Below, one piece after another: positions 26,401 through 33,915 of a stretch of 38,862 nucleotides of DNA. Position numbers and translations under genes: made by a program. This DNA comes from Candidatus Limadaptatus stercorigallinarum (lineage in GTDB: Bacteria > Bacillota > Clostridia > Christensenellales > CAG-917): NCBI GenBank assembly GCA_018714975.1, contig DVMN01000059.1, positions 1 to 38,862 of the forward strand, in the 5' to 3' direction. A model generated the notes under the pieces. It saw only the letters and a list, made by a program, of their open reading frames with translations. It made no database searches and was not told the DNA's origin. Each line of letters begins with the position of its first letter. Positions within the stretch are counted from its first letter, which is position 1.

Positions 26401-27953
26401 TCCTTGTACTGGTTGCCCTTGATGTAGAAGGTGTATCTCGTCCATTCGCCGTTTTCGGGGGCGGTTGCGTCTCCGTCGGGAGTCCCGAAACGGACTATGC
26501 CGTCGTAGAGGTTCTGCGCTATGCCCTCTATGACTATGTCTTCGCCGTCGCCCGAAAGGATGAGGGAAACGCCCGCGCCGTACACGTTGCGGGTGAGCAC
26601 GTCGACGCTCAGGGCATAGTACTTGTTCTTTTCTATGACTATGGAACGGGAGGTCCTGATGCCCTGTGCGGTCATCATCTGCTGGGAGAGCATATACACG
26701 CTGTCGCCCACGCTGCCGCCGTTCATATGTTCGGTGAAGAGGTCAACCGCCCCGATAAGATGTTCGCTCGCGGGAGTGGTCGCGGCGGGCAGATAATAGG
26801 TGCCCGCGTATGAGGTGTAATTGTCCTCGAATTCTGACGCGCTTATCACGCCGTTGAAACGGTAGGACGTGGGAGCGTCGTCGCCCGTCACGAGCGTCCA
26901 GCCGGAGGGCGCGGAAGTGCCGACGGAGGTGGAACCGTAGTCAAACCTGCCGTTGGAAACCCTGAGAGTAAGGGTGCGGACTTCGGTGGCAAGATAGCGC
27001 GCGGAGAGGGATTTCACTTTCGCAAGCGCGTCTTCGTCGTCACCTGCCGCATTGATGTCTGCGGTGTACGCTTCGCGAGCTTCCTCATACAGCGTGGCTT
27101 CTTCCTGCACCGCCTCTGTGTACCGGCTTGCGGCTTCGTCGACCGTCACTTCGTCGGAATTGATTTTTTCCAGCATCACGTTGTCAAAGAAAGCGTAGCC
27201 CGTGGTGAGCCCGTCCTTGTAGTAGGAGCTGTATTTGCCGAGTCCGAGATTGAGGGTGAGAGAGGTGGAGCCCGTCGCCGCGCTCTGGATATAAATGGTG
27301 TACTTCTTCCATTCGCCCTGCGTGTCGATGCCGGAAATCTCGGCGTAACCCGCGGAGGAAACGTATATCCTCGCTCCGGGGACGTTGTCATCGTCGTCCG
27401 TGCCCGCGATGTTGTAGGTGAGCACGTCAACGGTCAGCTTATAGTAAGAGTTCGCGTCCAGGGAGAAGGAAGGAGAAGTGTAGCCGTAGGCGGTGGGACC
27501 GAAATCGTCATCGTCGTTTTCGGCGCTGTCTTCCGTGGGCATATAAATCATCAGCACGTTGTTGACCGCGTCTTCTGCGGAAGAGTAGTGCGTGCTCAAC
27601 CTGTCGTAAAGCGTCTTTCCGCCGTCGTCCGCGCTGCCGTCGTCGTCCCAGAGTTCGCGGTTGGCGGCGTAGAGCGCTTCTTCCAGGCTTATCGCGCCCG
27701 AGGTGACGTCGCCGGGAACGGTGGACGAGGAGTAAATCTTCGCGCCGGACCAGTCGGTGATGGAGCGGGGATAATCACCGCTCGTGCCGATGACTTTGAA
27801 GTCTGAGTTGCCGATGAGCAGACCTTCGGTCGCTTCGATTGCTTCGGAGGTGTCGTCCGAAGACGAGTTGTCGCACGCCGCGAACAGCACCGCGGAGAAT
27901 GCGACCACGACAATCAGAAGCAAAACCAAAATCGAAAGTTTTTTTCTTTTCAT
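23469..27953 (-). CDS. 1494-aa highly acidic cell-surface protein: lipoprotein-type signal, five CBM4/9-like beta-sandwich modules, C-terminal TM anchor and a short basic tail
   Basis: MKRKKLSILVLLLIVVVAFSAVLFAAC (lipobox-like, Cys27). Five modules (about aa 45-262, 330-576, 635-840, 865-1087, 1115-1379) each repeat this pattern: NxxF..W...., Y-x-[LIV]-S-V-x-V, G(E/D/W)W-x-x-Y-T-F-Y-I, L-x-L-G-L-G, then [YW]AFFD-x-V. TM WWMIPTIVIGLAIIAVVVVFYV (aa 1437-1457), then KYKKKFTKK. Confidence 0.8.
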   Translation of the reverse strand: MKRKKLSILVLLLIVVVAFSAVLFAACDNSSSDDTSEAIEATEGLLIGNSDFKVIGTSGDYPRSITDWSGAKIYSSSTVPGDVTSGAISLEEALYAANRELWDDDGSADDGGKTLYDRLSTHYSSAEDAVNNVLMIYMPTEDSAENDDDDFGPTAYGYTSPSFSLDANSYYKLTVDVLTYNIAGTDDDDNVPGARIYVSSAGYAEISGIDTQGEWKKYTIYIQSAATGSTSLTLNLGLGKYSSYYKDGLTTGYAFFDNVMLEKINSDEVTVDEAASRYTEAVQEEATLYEEAREAYTADINAAGDDEDALAKVKSLSARYLATEVRTLTLRVSNGRFDYGSTSVGTSAPSGWTLVTGDDAPTSYRFNGVISASEFEDNYTSYAGTYYLPAATTPASEHLIGAVDLFTEHMNGGSVGDSVYMLSQQMMTAQGIRTSRSIVIEKNKYYALSVDVLTRNVYGAGVSLILSGDGEDIVIEGIAQNLYDGIVRFGTPDGDATAPENGEWTRYTFYIKGNQYKDMSYNLTLWLGTGDAEDNTKATYTYYSSTSATGTSRTTYTADGTFSSGWAFFDDVKLTEFADQGAYDEAVEGAGTAVSKDGGYSVDVSGTDYTAISVDLSSDSYFMTDDGGDNTHGTIFGDFRTGSGSSDEFAGDTEGTPSGWEHKAAEDDDTDAPVATPDMVTAGTVYLDAEDYFTSRGLTAPGLPYDTVANTGLMIRATQDTAFTMKSDIIEIKANRAYAISVWVKTDGVKDTSGAYLYLKSYEDEENESGETTLSSFTAVNTAEVETYNGWSEYTFYIKGSGEGTTKVWLEFALGSGTRWESSTLASGAAYFANMSMIDVTYSDFSDATAGTYIAKSDLSTSVSGSFDNGSFDNVDFDEMEDAITAGDGTLQGGDVAGVPESWTLSNSSLKDNADFVGGVIRLEEKGAGSWGGSPQTDALFGDSYTDFFNNIYANSPVEAQGAPSLLAIAGKNGADFAAGYLSDSFTLSASTNYSVSVWAKAETGTKGMIFLQGEASGSLVDGEEGDTLYFAFTGDGEWHKYTFNIEVGLTDVSLRLGLWLGQNSGITGQDEVTSTGIVLFDSVTMHEGLTEQEIEDYTPAAYNGEPYEEVKRISFFTDSFDTMEESTSTDDEEEDTTDLTSPNGWTSSVGTDQDRDNTNAGVLDTSDFSTDGDYIVGLGPELTADDFTATDAEIDEYIRDNFGGDDSEANILAATNAIKEAKLARAIADRMLPLDVFPEGFVDGDNVLVINNMLDSAYRYGSDGYTLTAEVAYKISVRVFTYGIGHVGDDNVFTAADDRGAYIEIYLGSSDSDDAEPLRFENINTGDGWSEYTFYILAPSTDVTDVSVRLGLGIYDADDESKLVSGYAFFDAVTIEVIGDVNDYNEAVEAMPGEGEEGYGTYLNYTIPEEGEQGATDGDDDNTDVPSATFNLDNLWWMIPTIVIGLAIIAVVVVFYVRKYKKKFTKKTTDEPTDNVSASNVNKKKNDYDNFNE

Positions 27954-28041
27954 AGCGTCCTTTATGTGTAAAGTTGTTGATTGGTTTGCACGCGGCGCGC
28001 GCGTTGCGTGTGCGCCGTTACCTAAAATTATAGGCTTTTGT

Positions 28042-28070
28042 ATTCTAAATCATATCATATCTTTTTGCAA
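28042..28070 (-). promoter_or_regulatory. Candidate sigma-A promoter of the giant surface-protein gene
   Basis: Minus strand: TTGCAA (28070-28065), 17-nt spacer, TAGAAT (28047-28042). This leaves a ~80-nt 5' UTR before AAAGGA and ATG 27953. Confidence 0.45.
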
Positions 28071-28139
28071 ACGATTTGCGGCGGCATTTCATATTTTCAC
28101 GGAAATTATAAAGACTAATGCGGAAAAGGAGAAAATGCG

Positions 28140-28562
28140 ATGTCTTACAGCGTTCTCGTTTCGAAGTCGGGGACGGCGAAATTCGCCGCGGCAAAGCCAC
28201 GGGAAAGGAAAAAGAAAGCGATTTTGCTCGCGGTATGCGGGCTTGCGGTCGGCGCCATCAACGGACTTTTCGGCGCAGGCGGCGGAATGCTCGCGGTGCC
28301 CGTGCTCACCTTTGCGGCGGGACTCGGCGAGAAAAAGGCGCACGCCACCGCGATTGCGGTCATACTGCCATTGTGCCTTGTGAGCACGGTGGTTTACGCG
28401 GTGCGGGGAACTTTCGATTATTCCGTGTTGCCTCCGACGATAGCGGGTGTGCTCATCGGCGGACTGACAGGCGCGGTCGCCCTGAAAAAACTTTCCGCTC
28501 CCGTGCTTAACTTCCTCTTCTACGGGCTTATGGTGTTTGCGGGAGTGAAGATGATGATGTGA
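28140..28562 (+). CDS. Half-size TSUP (TauE/SafE) family membrane protein
   Basis: AILLAVCGLAVGAINGLFGAGGGMLAVPVL..., four predicted TM segments. AAAGGAGA lies 7 nt before ATG 28140. Confidence 0.7.
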   Translation: MSYSVLVSKSGTAKFAAAKPRERKKKAILLAVCGLAVGAINGLFGAGGGMLAVPVLTFAAGLGEKKAHATAIAVILPLCLVSTVVYAVRGTFDYSVLPPTIAGVLIGGLTGAVALKKLSAPVLNFLFYGLMVFAGVKMMM

Positions 28563-28679
28563 CGCGCGCACGGCGGACGTCTGCCGAAAATGCGAAAGGC
28601 GACGTTTAACGTGCAAAACAATAGCTTAAACTGTGCGAATGCGCGAAATTTTAAGGATAAATTAACGGAGAAGATATAG

Positions 28680-29057
28680 ATGCAGTGGCTTTGGTTCGCG
28701 GCGGCGGGAATATGCGGGGGAGTGCTTGCGGGAATGGGAATGGGCGGCGGAACGCTGACCATTCCCATACTCGTGCTTCTGCTTTCCGTCGACCAGCTGA
28801 CGGCGCAGTTTGCCAATCTCATAGCCTTTCTGCCGACGGGCGCGGCGGCGCTCGGAGTGCACCTGAAAAACGGGCTTGTGGAGCGGGCGCCGCTGCCGTG
28901 GGTGCTTCTGCCCGCGCTTGCGGCGACGGCGGCGACATCCTTTTTTGCCGCCGACTCTTCGGAAGTGCTGGGAAAGCTGTACGGCGGTTTTCTCGTGCTC
29001 ATAGCTCTCGGCGGGCTTATCGGCGGCGTGGCGGCGAATTTTTCCGCCCGCAAATGA
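28680..29057 (+). CDS. Half-size TSUP (TauE/SafE) family membrane protein
   Basis: FAAAGICGGVLAGMGMGGGTLTIPILV..., four predicted TM segments. GGAGAAG lies upstream of ATG 28680. Confidence 0.7.
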   Translation: MQWLWFAAAGICGGVLAGMGMGGGTLTIPILVLLLSVDQLTAQFANLIAFLPTGAAALGVHLKNGLVERAPLPWVLLPALAATAATSFFAADSSEVLGKLYGGFLVLIALGGLIGGVAANFSARK

Positions 29058-29131
29058 TTTTTTAGGCCGTGTTTTCCGCATTCCGCGCCGCCTGAACGGG
29101 TCACTCGGGCGCGTGTGCGAAATTTTCGGTA

Positions 29132-29160
29132 TTTACATTGCCTCCAAAGTGTCTTATAAT
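29132..29160 (+). promoter_or_regulatory. Sigma-A-type promoter of the rnf operon
   Basis: TTTACA (29132-29137), 17-nt spacer, TATAAT (29155-29160). Confidence 0.55.
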
Positions 29161-29222
29161 TTATAAGAAAAGCGCGGCTATGCGCTTGTTTGTGCTACGT
29201 TCACACCACAGGAGAGAAAGAC

Positions 29223-30536
29223 TTGACGTTTTTCGGCAAAACCTTCCGCAGGGGAACTCATCCGCCTGCGCGTAAAATCACGGCGGATATGCCCCTCGCC
29301 GAGTTCGATGCCCCCGAAAGGCTTTATTTTGCGTTGGCGCAGCATATAGGCGCGCCTGCGCAGCCTGTCGTTTCGGAGGGCGAACGCGTGCTCGCCGGGC
29401 AGCTCATCGCGGAAGCGGCGGGCTACGTTTCCGCCCGCGTGCATTCTTCGGTGTCCGGTACGGTGGCGGGGATTAAGGAACTGCCCACCGCAACGGGCGG
29501 GAAATGCAGGCATATCGAGATTATCAACGACTTTGCGTACGAGAGCGTTTCCCTTCCCCCTCTCGCCGACCCGTCGGCGGAAGAGATAATCGCGAGGGTC
29601 AGGGAGTGCGGCATAATCGGTATGGGCGGCGCGGGATTCCCCACGCACGTCAAGCTCGTGCCGAAAAACGCCGTCGACACGCTCGTCCTGAACGGCGCGG
29701 AGTGCGAACCGTACATCACCTGCGACTGCCGTCTTATGACGGAGCGCGCGGCGGAAGTCGTGCGCGGTGCGGAGCTGCTTATGACCGCGCTCGGCGCAGG
29801 ACGTACGCTCATCGGAGTGGAGGCGAACAAGAAAGAGGCGTTCGCCGCGCTTTCCGAGGCGTGCGCGGGGAATGCGGCGGTGACGCCCGTGCTTCTTCGC
29901 ACCAAGTATCCGCAGGGCGCGGAGAAACAGCTGGTGTTTGCGCTCACCCGCAGACAGGTGCCGCCGGGAGGACTTCCCGCCGACGTCGGCTGCGTGGTGG
30001 ACAACGTGCACACCGCATACGCCGTCGCGAGAGCGGTGGACAAGGGCGAGCCGCTGTATATGCGTGCCGTGACGGTCAGCGGAGGCGCCGCGGGAGTGCG
30101 CGGCAACTTTATGATGAGGACGGGCATACCGTTTTCCTTTGTGCGGGAAAGGACGCGCGGCGAAACGTCCGACGACGACGTCGCGAAGGTTATAAACGGC
30201 GGACCTATGATGGGCTTCGCACAGGCGGGGCTGGACGCGTGCGTCACGAAAGGGACGTCGTCCGTGCTGTTTATGGACGGCAGGGAAGCCGCTATGCGTG
30301 AGCCGACGCAGTGCATCAACTGCGGCAGGTGCATCAGGCAGTGCCCGATGAAACTTATGCCGCGCGACATAGAAAAAGCGGTGCTGTCGGGCGACTTCGC
30401 AAGGACGGAAGAGCTGTTTGTCGCAAGCTGTATGGAATGCGGGGTGTGCTCGTACGTCTGTCCCGCGAAACGACCTTTGGTGCAGGCGATACGCCTTGCC
30501 AAAAAGACGCTGAAAGAAGGGAGGGCAGGCAAATGA
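29223..30536 (+). CDS. rnfC: Rnf electron-transport complex subunit C
   Basis: FGKTFRRGTHPP (the FKGG(I/V)HP-like N-terminus), GIIGMGGAGFPTHVK, and two 4Fe-4S motifs CINCGRCIRQCP and CMECGVCSYVCP. I prefer TTG 29223 as the start, with AGGAGAG upstream. Confidence 0.9.
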   Translation: MTFFGKTFRRGTHPPARKITADMPLAEFDAPERLYFALAQHIGAPAQPVVSEGERVLAGQLIAEAAGYVSARVHSSVSGTVAGIKELPTATGGKCRHIEIINDFAYESVSLPPLADPSAEEIIARVRECGIIGMGGAGFPTHVKLVPKNAVDTLVLNGAECEPYITCDCRLMTERAAEVVRGAELLMTALGAGRTLIGVEANKKEAFAALSEACAGNAAVTPVLLRTKYPQGAEKQLVFALTRRQVPPGGLPADVGCVVDNVHTAYAVARAVDKGEPLYMRAVTVSGGAAGVRGNFMMRTGIPFSFVRERTRGETSDDDVAKVINGGPMMGFAQAGLDACVTKGTSSVLFMDGREAAMREPTQCINCGRCIRQCPMKLMPRDIEKAVLSGDFARTEELFVASCMECGVCSYVCPAKRPLVQAIRLAKKTLKEGRAGK

Positions 30537-31633
30537 AAAATCTCGTTGTGTCTTCCTCTCCCCACATAACGTCCCCGTCCACGACCCGACGCATAATGGC
30601 GGACGTCATAATTGCGCTGTGCCCCGCGCTCATCGCGATGGTGCTGCTTTACGGGTTTTATCCGCTGTTTCTGACGGTGTTAAGCGTCGGTACGGCGATG
30701 TTCTGCGAATGGGTGTTCAACGTCGTCACAAAAAGGCAGCAGACCGCGGGCGACTTGTCCGCCGTCGTGACGGGCATAATCCTTGCGCTCAATCTGCCTC
30801 CCGTCGTGCCCTTTTACGTCCCGATGGTTGGCGCGGCATTCGCGATAATCATCGTGAAAATGCTCTTCGGCGGAATAGGCAAGAACTTCGCCAATCCCGC
30901 CATCACCGCGCGCATTTTCCTTATGCTCGCGTGGACGGGAGTGATGACGCAGTTCGTCGCGCCCATAGACCTTTCGGACGGAAGCAATCTGTTCTCGTTC
31001 TTTACGCAGGGCGTGAGCATAAATCTCCCCGACGCGATAACCACTTCCACGCCGTTGCAGACGGTCAAGGACGCGGTTGCGGCGGGCACCAACCCCGCGG
31101 AAGGGCTGAGCGCGCTAGATATGTTCCTCGGAAGGATAGGCGGCAGCGCGGGCGAAGTCAGCGCGCTGGCGGTGCTTATCGGCGGGGCGTATCTTGCCGT
31201 CCGCCGCGTGATAGACGTCAAGATACCCGTGATTTACATCGCGTCAACGGCGGTGTTCACGGCGATATTCTTCGCGGACAGCGGATATGTGGGCGAGTAC
31301 GTCTGGACCTATCTGCTCGGCGGCGGTCTGATGTTCGGAGCGTTCTTTATGGCTACGGACTATGCCACGTCGCCCAAGACCCCCGTTGCGGTCGCGGTGT
31401 ACGGCATAGGGCTGGGGCTTCTGACCGTGATAATAAGGAAATTCGGCACGATGAACGAGGGCGTGTCGTTTGCGATACTGCTGATGAACATAGTCACTCC
31501 GCTTTTGGAGAAAATAAAGAGAAAACCTTTCGGCACTCCCGTGAAAGGGATAAAGGAAAGAGCGGACGCTCTCAAAGCGAAATTCTCGAAAAAAGGCGCT
31601 GTCGCCTCGGAAGGAGGTGAGAGCGTTGGCTGA
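30533..31633 (+). CDS. rnfD: Rnf complex subunit D
   Basis: VSSSPHITSPSTTRRIMADVIIALCPAL..., polytopic, with FMATDYATSP near the C-terminus. ATGA overlap with rnfC. Confidence 0.9.
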   Translation: MKNLVVSSSPHITSPSTTRRIMADVIIALCPALIAMVLLYGFYPLFLTVLSVGTAMFCEWVFNVVTKRQQTAGDLSAVVTGIILALNLPPVVPFYVPMVGAAFAIIIVKMLFGGIGKNFANPAITARIFLMLAWTGVMTQFVAPIDLSDGSNLFSFFTQGVSINLPDAITTSTPLQTVKDAVAAGTNPAEGLSALDMFLGRIGGSAGEVSALAVLIGGAYLAVRRVIDVKIPVIYIASTAVFTAIFFADSGYVGEYVWTYLLGGGLMFGAFFMATDYATSPKTPVAVAVYGIGLGLLTVIIRKFGTMNEGVSFAILLMNIVTPLLEKIKRKPFGTPVKGIKERADALKAKFSKKGAVASEGGESVG

Positions 31634-32462
31634 ACGGTCGGATGCGATTTTGAACGCCGCTTCGGGCGCGGAAGAAAAGGATATGACGGCAGCCGCCGCA
31701 AATGCGGAGCGGCGGGCGTCTTTCGACGCGGGGAACGACGGCAATGAGCGGCAGACGTTTTTCGATGTAGAGGACGACAGTAATGGTCGGCAGACGTCTT
31801 CCGGGGCAGAGGACGGCAGCAATGAGCGACAGATGTCTTCCGGTGTAGAGGACGACAGTAATAGTAAAAGAACGAAGTTCTTGACGAAGGATGTCGTGAT
31901 GTGCGTCGTCGTGCTCGCCGCCATCGCGCTGATTGCGGGTGTGCTGCTCGGAGTGATGAACTGGGTGACTTACGTCGACCCGGAGGCGGCGATAATGGAG
32001 CAGATTGCCAAGTATTACGGCGTGGCGGCGGACGACGTGACGAGCGTGCCCGAAAGAGTGGTCGGCGGCGGCAGCAGTTATGTGGACGGCTGTTATGCGG
32101 TGACTGCGGAAGACGGGACGCTGATTTACGTTTATCACGCGGTCGGGAGCGGCGCGAAAGACGGCACTCTCGAACTGCTCGTGCACATAGCCGCAGACGG
32201 CACGATAAAGGAAGTGGAGGAATATTCGCAGTCCGAGACGGCGGGATATTTCGACAGGGTCATTTCCGCCAACCGCGGGAAATATGTCGGCAAAAACGCA
32301 AAGGACGTGGGACAGTTCGACCTCGTCAAGGGCGAAGGGTCGGTCACGGACGACGGCGACATCGACGCCGTATCGCAGGCGACGCTCACTTCGCGCGGCA
32401 TCAACAATGCCGTGAACGCGGCGGTCGCGGCGTTCAACGCGTATGAGGAGGCGGCGGTATGA
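31626..32462 (+). CDS. rnfG: Rnf complex subunit G (FMN-binding) with an unusual ~90-aa acidic repeat-containing N-terminal extension
   Basis: TM VVMCVVVLAAIALIAGVLLGV, then an FMN_bind-type domain ending IDAVSQATLTSRG. TTG 31626 has AAGGAGG 8 nt upstream. Alternative starts are GTG 31617 and ATG 31899 (GAAGGA upstream), the latter giving a conventional-length RnfG. Confidence 0.8.
   Translation: MAERSDAILNAASGAEEKDMTAAAANAERRASFDAGNDGNERQTFFDVEDDSNGRQTSSGAEDGSNERQMSSGVEDDSNSKRTKFLTKDVVMCVVVLAAIALIAGVLLGVMNWVTYVDPEAAIMEQIAKYYGVAADDVTSVPERVVGGGSSYVDGCYAVTAEDGTLIYVYHAVGSGAKDGTLELLVHIAADGTIKEVEEYSQSETAGYFDRVISANRGKYVGKNAKDVGQFDLVKGEGSVTDDGDIDAVSQATLTSRGINNAVNAAVAAFNAYEEAAV
31734..31864 (+). repeat. 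Imperfect 39-nt (13-codon) tandem repeat, about 3.4 copies, in frame with rnfG
   Basis: Units at 31734-31772, 31773-31811 and 31812-31850, plus a partial unit from 31851. They encode NDGNERQTFFDVE / DDSNGRQTSSGAE / DGSNERQMSSGVE / DDSNS.... Roughly three quarters of positions are shared between units by eye. Confidence 0.8.
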
Positions 32463-33319
32463 AAAAGGCTTCCATGACGCGGGAACTCAGGTTCGATTTC
32501 AGGGGAAAGAGCAAGATAGTCGCGAACGGCATCTTTGCCTCCAACCCTGTGTTCCGCCTTGTGCTCGGAATGTGTCCGACGCTCGCCATCTCCACCAGCG
32601 CGTTCAACGGGCTGGGTATGGGGCTTGCCGCAACGATAGTGCTGGTGTGTTCGAACGCGCTGGTATCGCTGCTGCGCAAAGTCATCCCCGACAAAGTGCG
32701 CATTCCCGCTTATGTGCTCATAATAGCGACGTTCGTGACGCTGGTGGAAATGCTGCTCAGAAAGTTTGTGCCCGCGCTGTATGACGCGCTGGGGATATAT
32801 CTGCCGCTGATTGTCGTCAACTGTATCATACTTGCGCGCGCGGAAGCGTTCGCAAGCACAAACAAGGTGGGCGACTCCGTGCTCGACGGACTGGGGATGG
32901 GGCTGGGCTTCACCCTCGCGCTGGTGCTCATCGGCGTGATACGCGAATTCCTCGGGTCTGGCACGTTCTTCGTCGGGTCCTTCGGCGACGCGGAATTCGG
33001 CGTGCATTTCGGCGATTTGTCCGACTATTCGCTGGCGGTCTTCGTGATGCCCGCGGGCGGCTTCCTCACTCTCGGTCTGCTGATGGCGGCGATAAACGCG
33101 CTGTCGGACAGGGCCGCGAAAAAGAGGGAGGAAAAGCACGAAGAGGAAGGCAGAATCATAGACGAACGCGTGCAGGCGCACGTGGAAGCGGAAACCGCGA
33201 AGGCGGAAGCGGAGAGCGCGGAAAATGCGGCGCAGAGCGTTGAGCGTGTCGAAACGGCGGCAGAAACCCCCGTTTCGGGCGGCACGGCGGCGTCCCGTGC
33301 GGAGGAGGGAGAGAGATGA
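32459..33319 (+). CDS. rnfE: Rnf complex subunit E (with a ~70-aa charged C-terminal tail)
   Basis: NGIFASNPVFRLVLGMCPTLAIST...LGIYLPLIVVNCIILARAEAFA. ATGA overlap with rnfG. Confidence 0.9.
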   Translation: MKKASMTRELRFDFRGKSKIVANGIFASNPVFRLVLGMCPTLAISTSAFNGLGMGLAATIVLVCSNALVSLLRKVIPDKVRIPAYVLIIATFVTLVEMLLRKFVPALYDALGIYLPLIVVNCIILARAEAFASTNKVGDSVLDGLGMGLGFTLALVLIGVIREFLGSGTFFVGSFGDAEFGVHFGDLSDYSLAVFVMPAGGFLTLGLLMAAINALSDRAAKKREEKHEEEGRIIDERVQAHVEAETAKAEAESAENAAQSVERVETAAETPVSGGTAASRAEEGER

Positions 33320-33903
33320 CTTACTTCCTGCTGATTATCGGGGCAATGTTCGTCAACAACTTCGTGCTGTGCCAATTCCTGGGCTGCTGTCCCTTCCTCG
33401 GCGTGTCCAAGAAGACGGACACCGCGCTCGGAATGGGGCTTGCGGTCATCTTCGTTATGGGCATTGCGTCCGTGTTCACGTGGCTGGTGCAGAAACTGCT
33501 TGTGGCGGCGGGGATAGACTATTTGCAGACGATTGCGTTCATTCTCGTCATCGCGGCGCTCGTACAGCTGGTGGAAATGGTGCTCAAAAAGTTTATGCCG
33601 TCGCTGTACAGCGCGCTGGGCGTATATCTGCCCCTCATCACAACCAACTGCGCCGTGCTCGGCGTGGCGATACTCAACATTCAGTCCTACGGCATTGCGG
33701 GCGCGGAAAGCCTGCTTCTCTCCTTCCTGAACGGCGTGTTCAGCGGCGTAGGGTTCACGATTGCGATACTGCTGCTTGCGGGCATTCGCGAACGTATGGA
33801 CATCTCGTCCGTGCCCAAACCGTTCAGAGGGTTCCCCATCACGCTCGTCGCGGCTTCCATAATGAGCCTTGCGTTCACGGCGTTTTCGGGAATGATATCG
33901 TGA
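33316..33903 (+). CDS. rnfA: Rnf complex subunit A
   Basis: FVNNFVLCQFLGCCPFLGVSKK...LGVYLPLITTNCAVLGVA. ATGA overlap with rnfE. Confidence 0.92.
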   Translation: MTYFLLIIGAMFVNNFVLCQFLGCCPFLGVSKKTDTALGMGLAVIFVMGIASVFTWLVQKLLVAAGIDYLQTIAFILVIAALVQLVEMVLKKFMPSLYSALGVYLPLITTNCAVLGVAILNIQSYGIAGAESLLLSFLNGVFSGVGFTIAILLLAGIRERMDISSVPKPFRGFPITLVAASIMSLAFTAFSGMIS

Positions 33904-33915
33904 GGAGGTGAGAAG

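Noticed and set aside
24093-26813. 906-aa ORF on the plus strand, antisense to the giant surface-protein gene
   Set aside because: The translation is Arg/Gly/Val/Ala-rich low-complexity sequence with no motifs. It lies entirely inside a minus-strand gene that has clear domain structure, signal peptide, RBS and terminator. This is a typical shadow ORF in high-GC DNA.
29169-29195. Short hairpin (AAGCGC / GCGCTT) followed by GTTTGT in the rnf 5' UTR, considered as an attenuator or riboswitch terminator
   Set aside because: There is only a 6-bp stem and a weak U-tract, and I recognise no upstream aptamer-like conserved motif. The evidence is insufficient.
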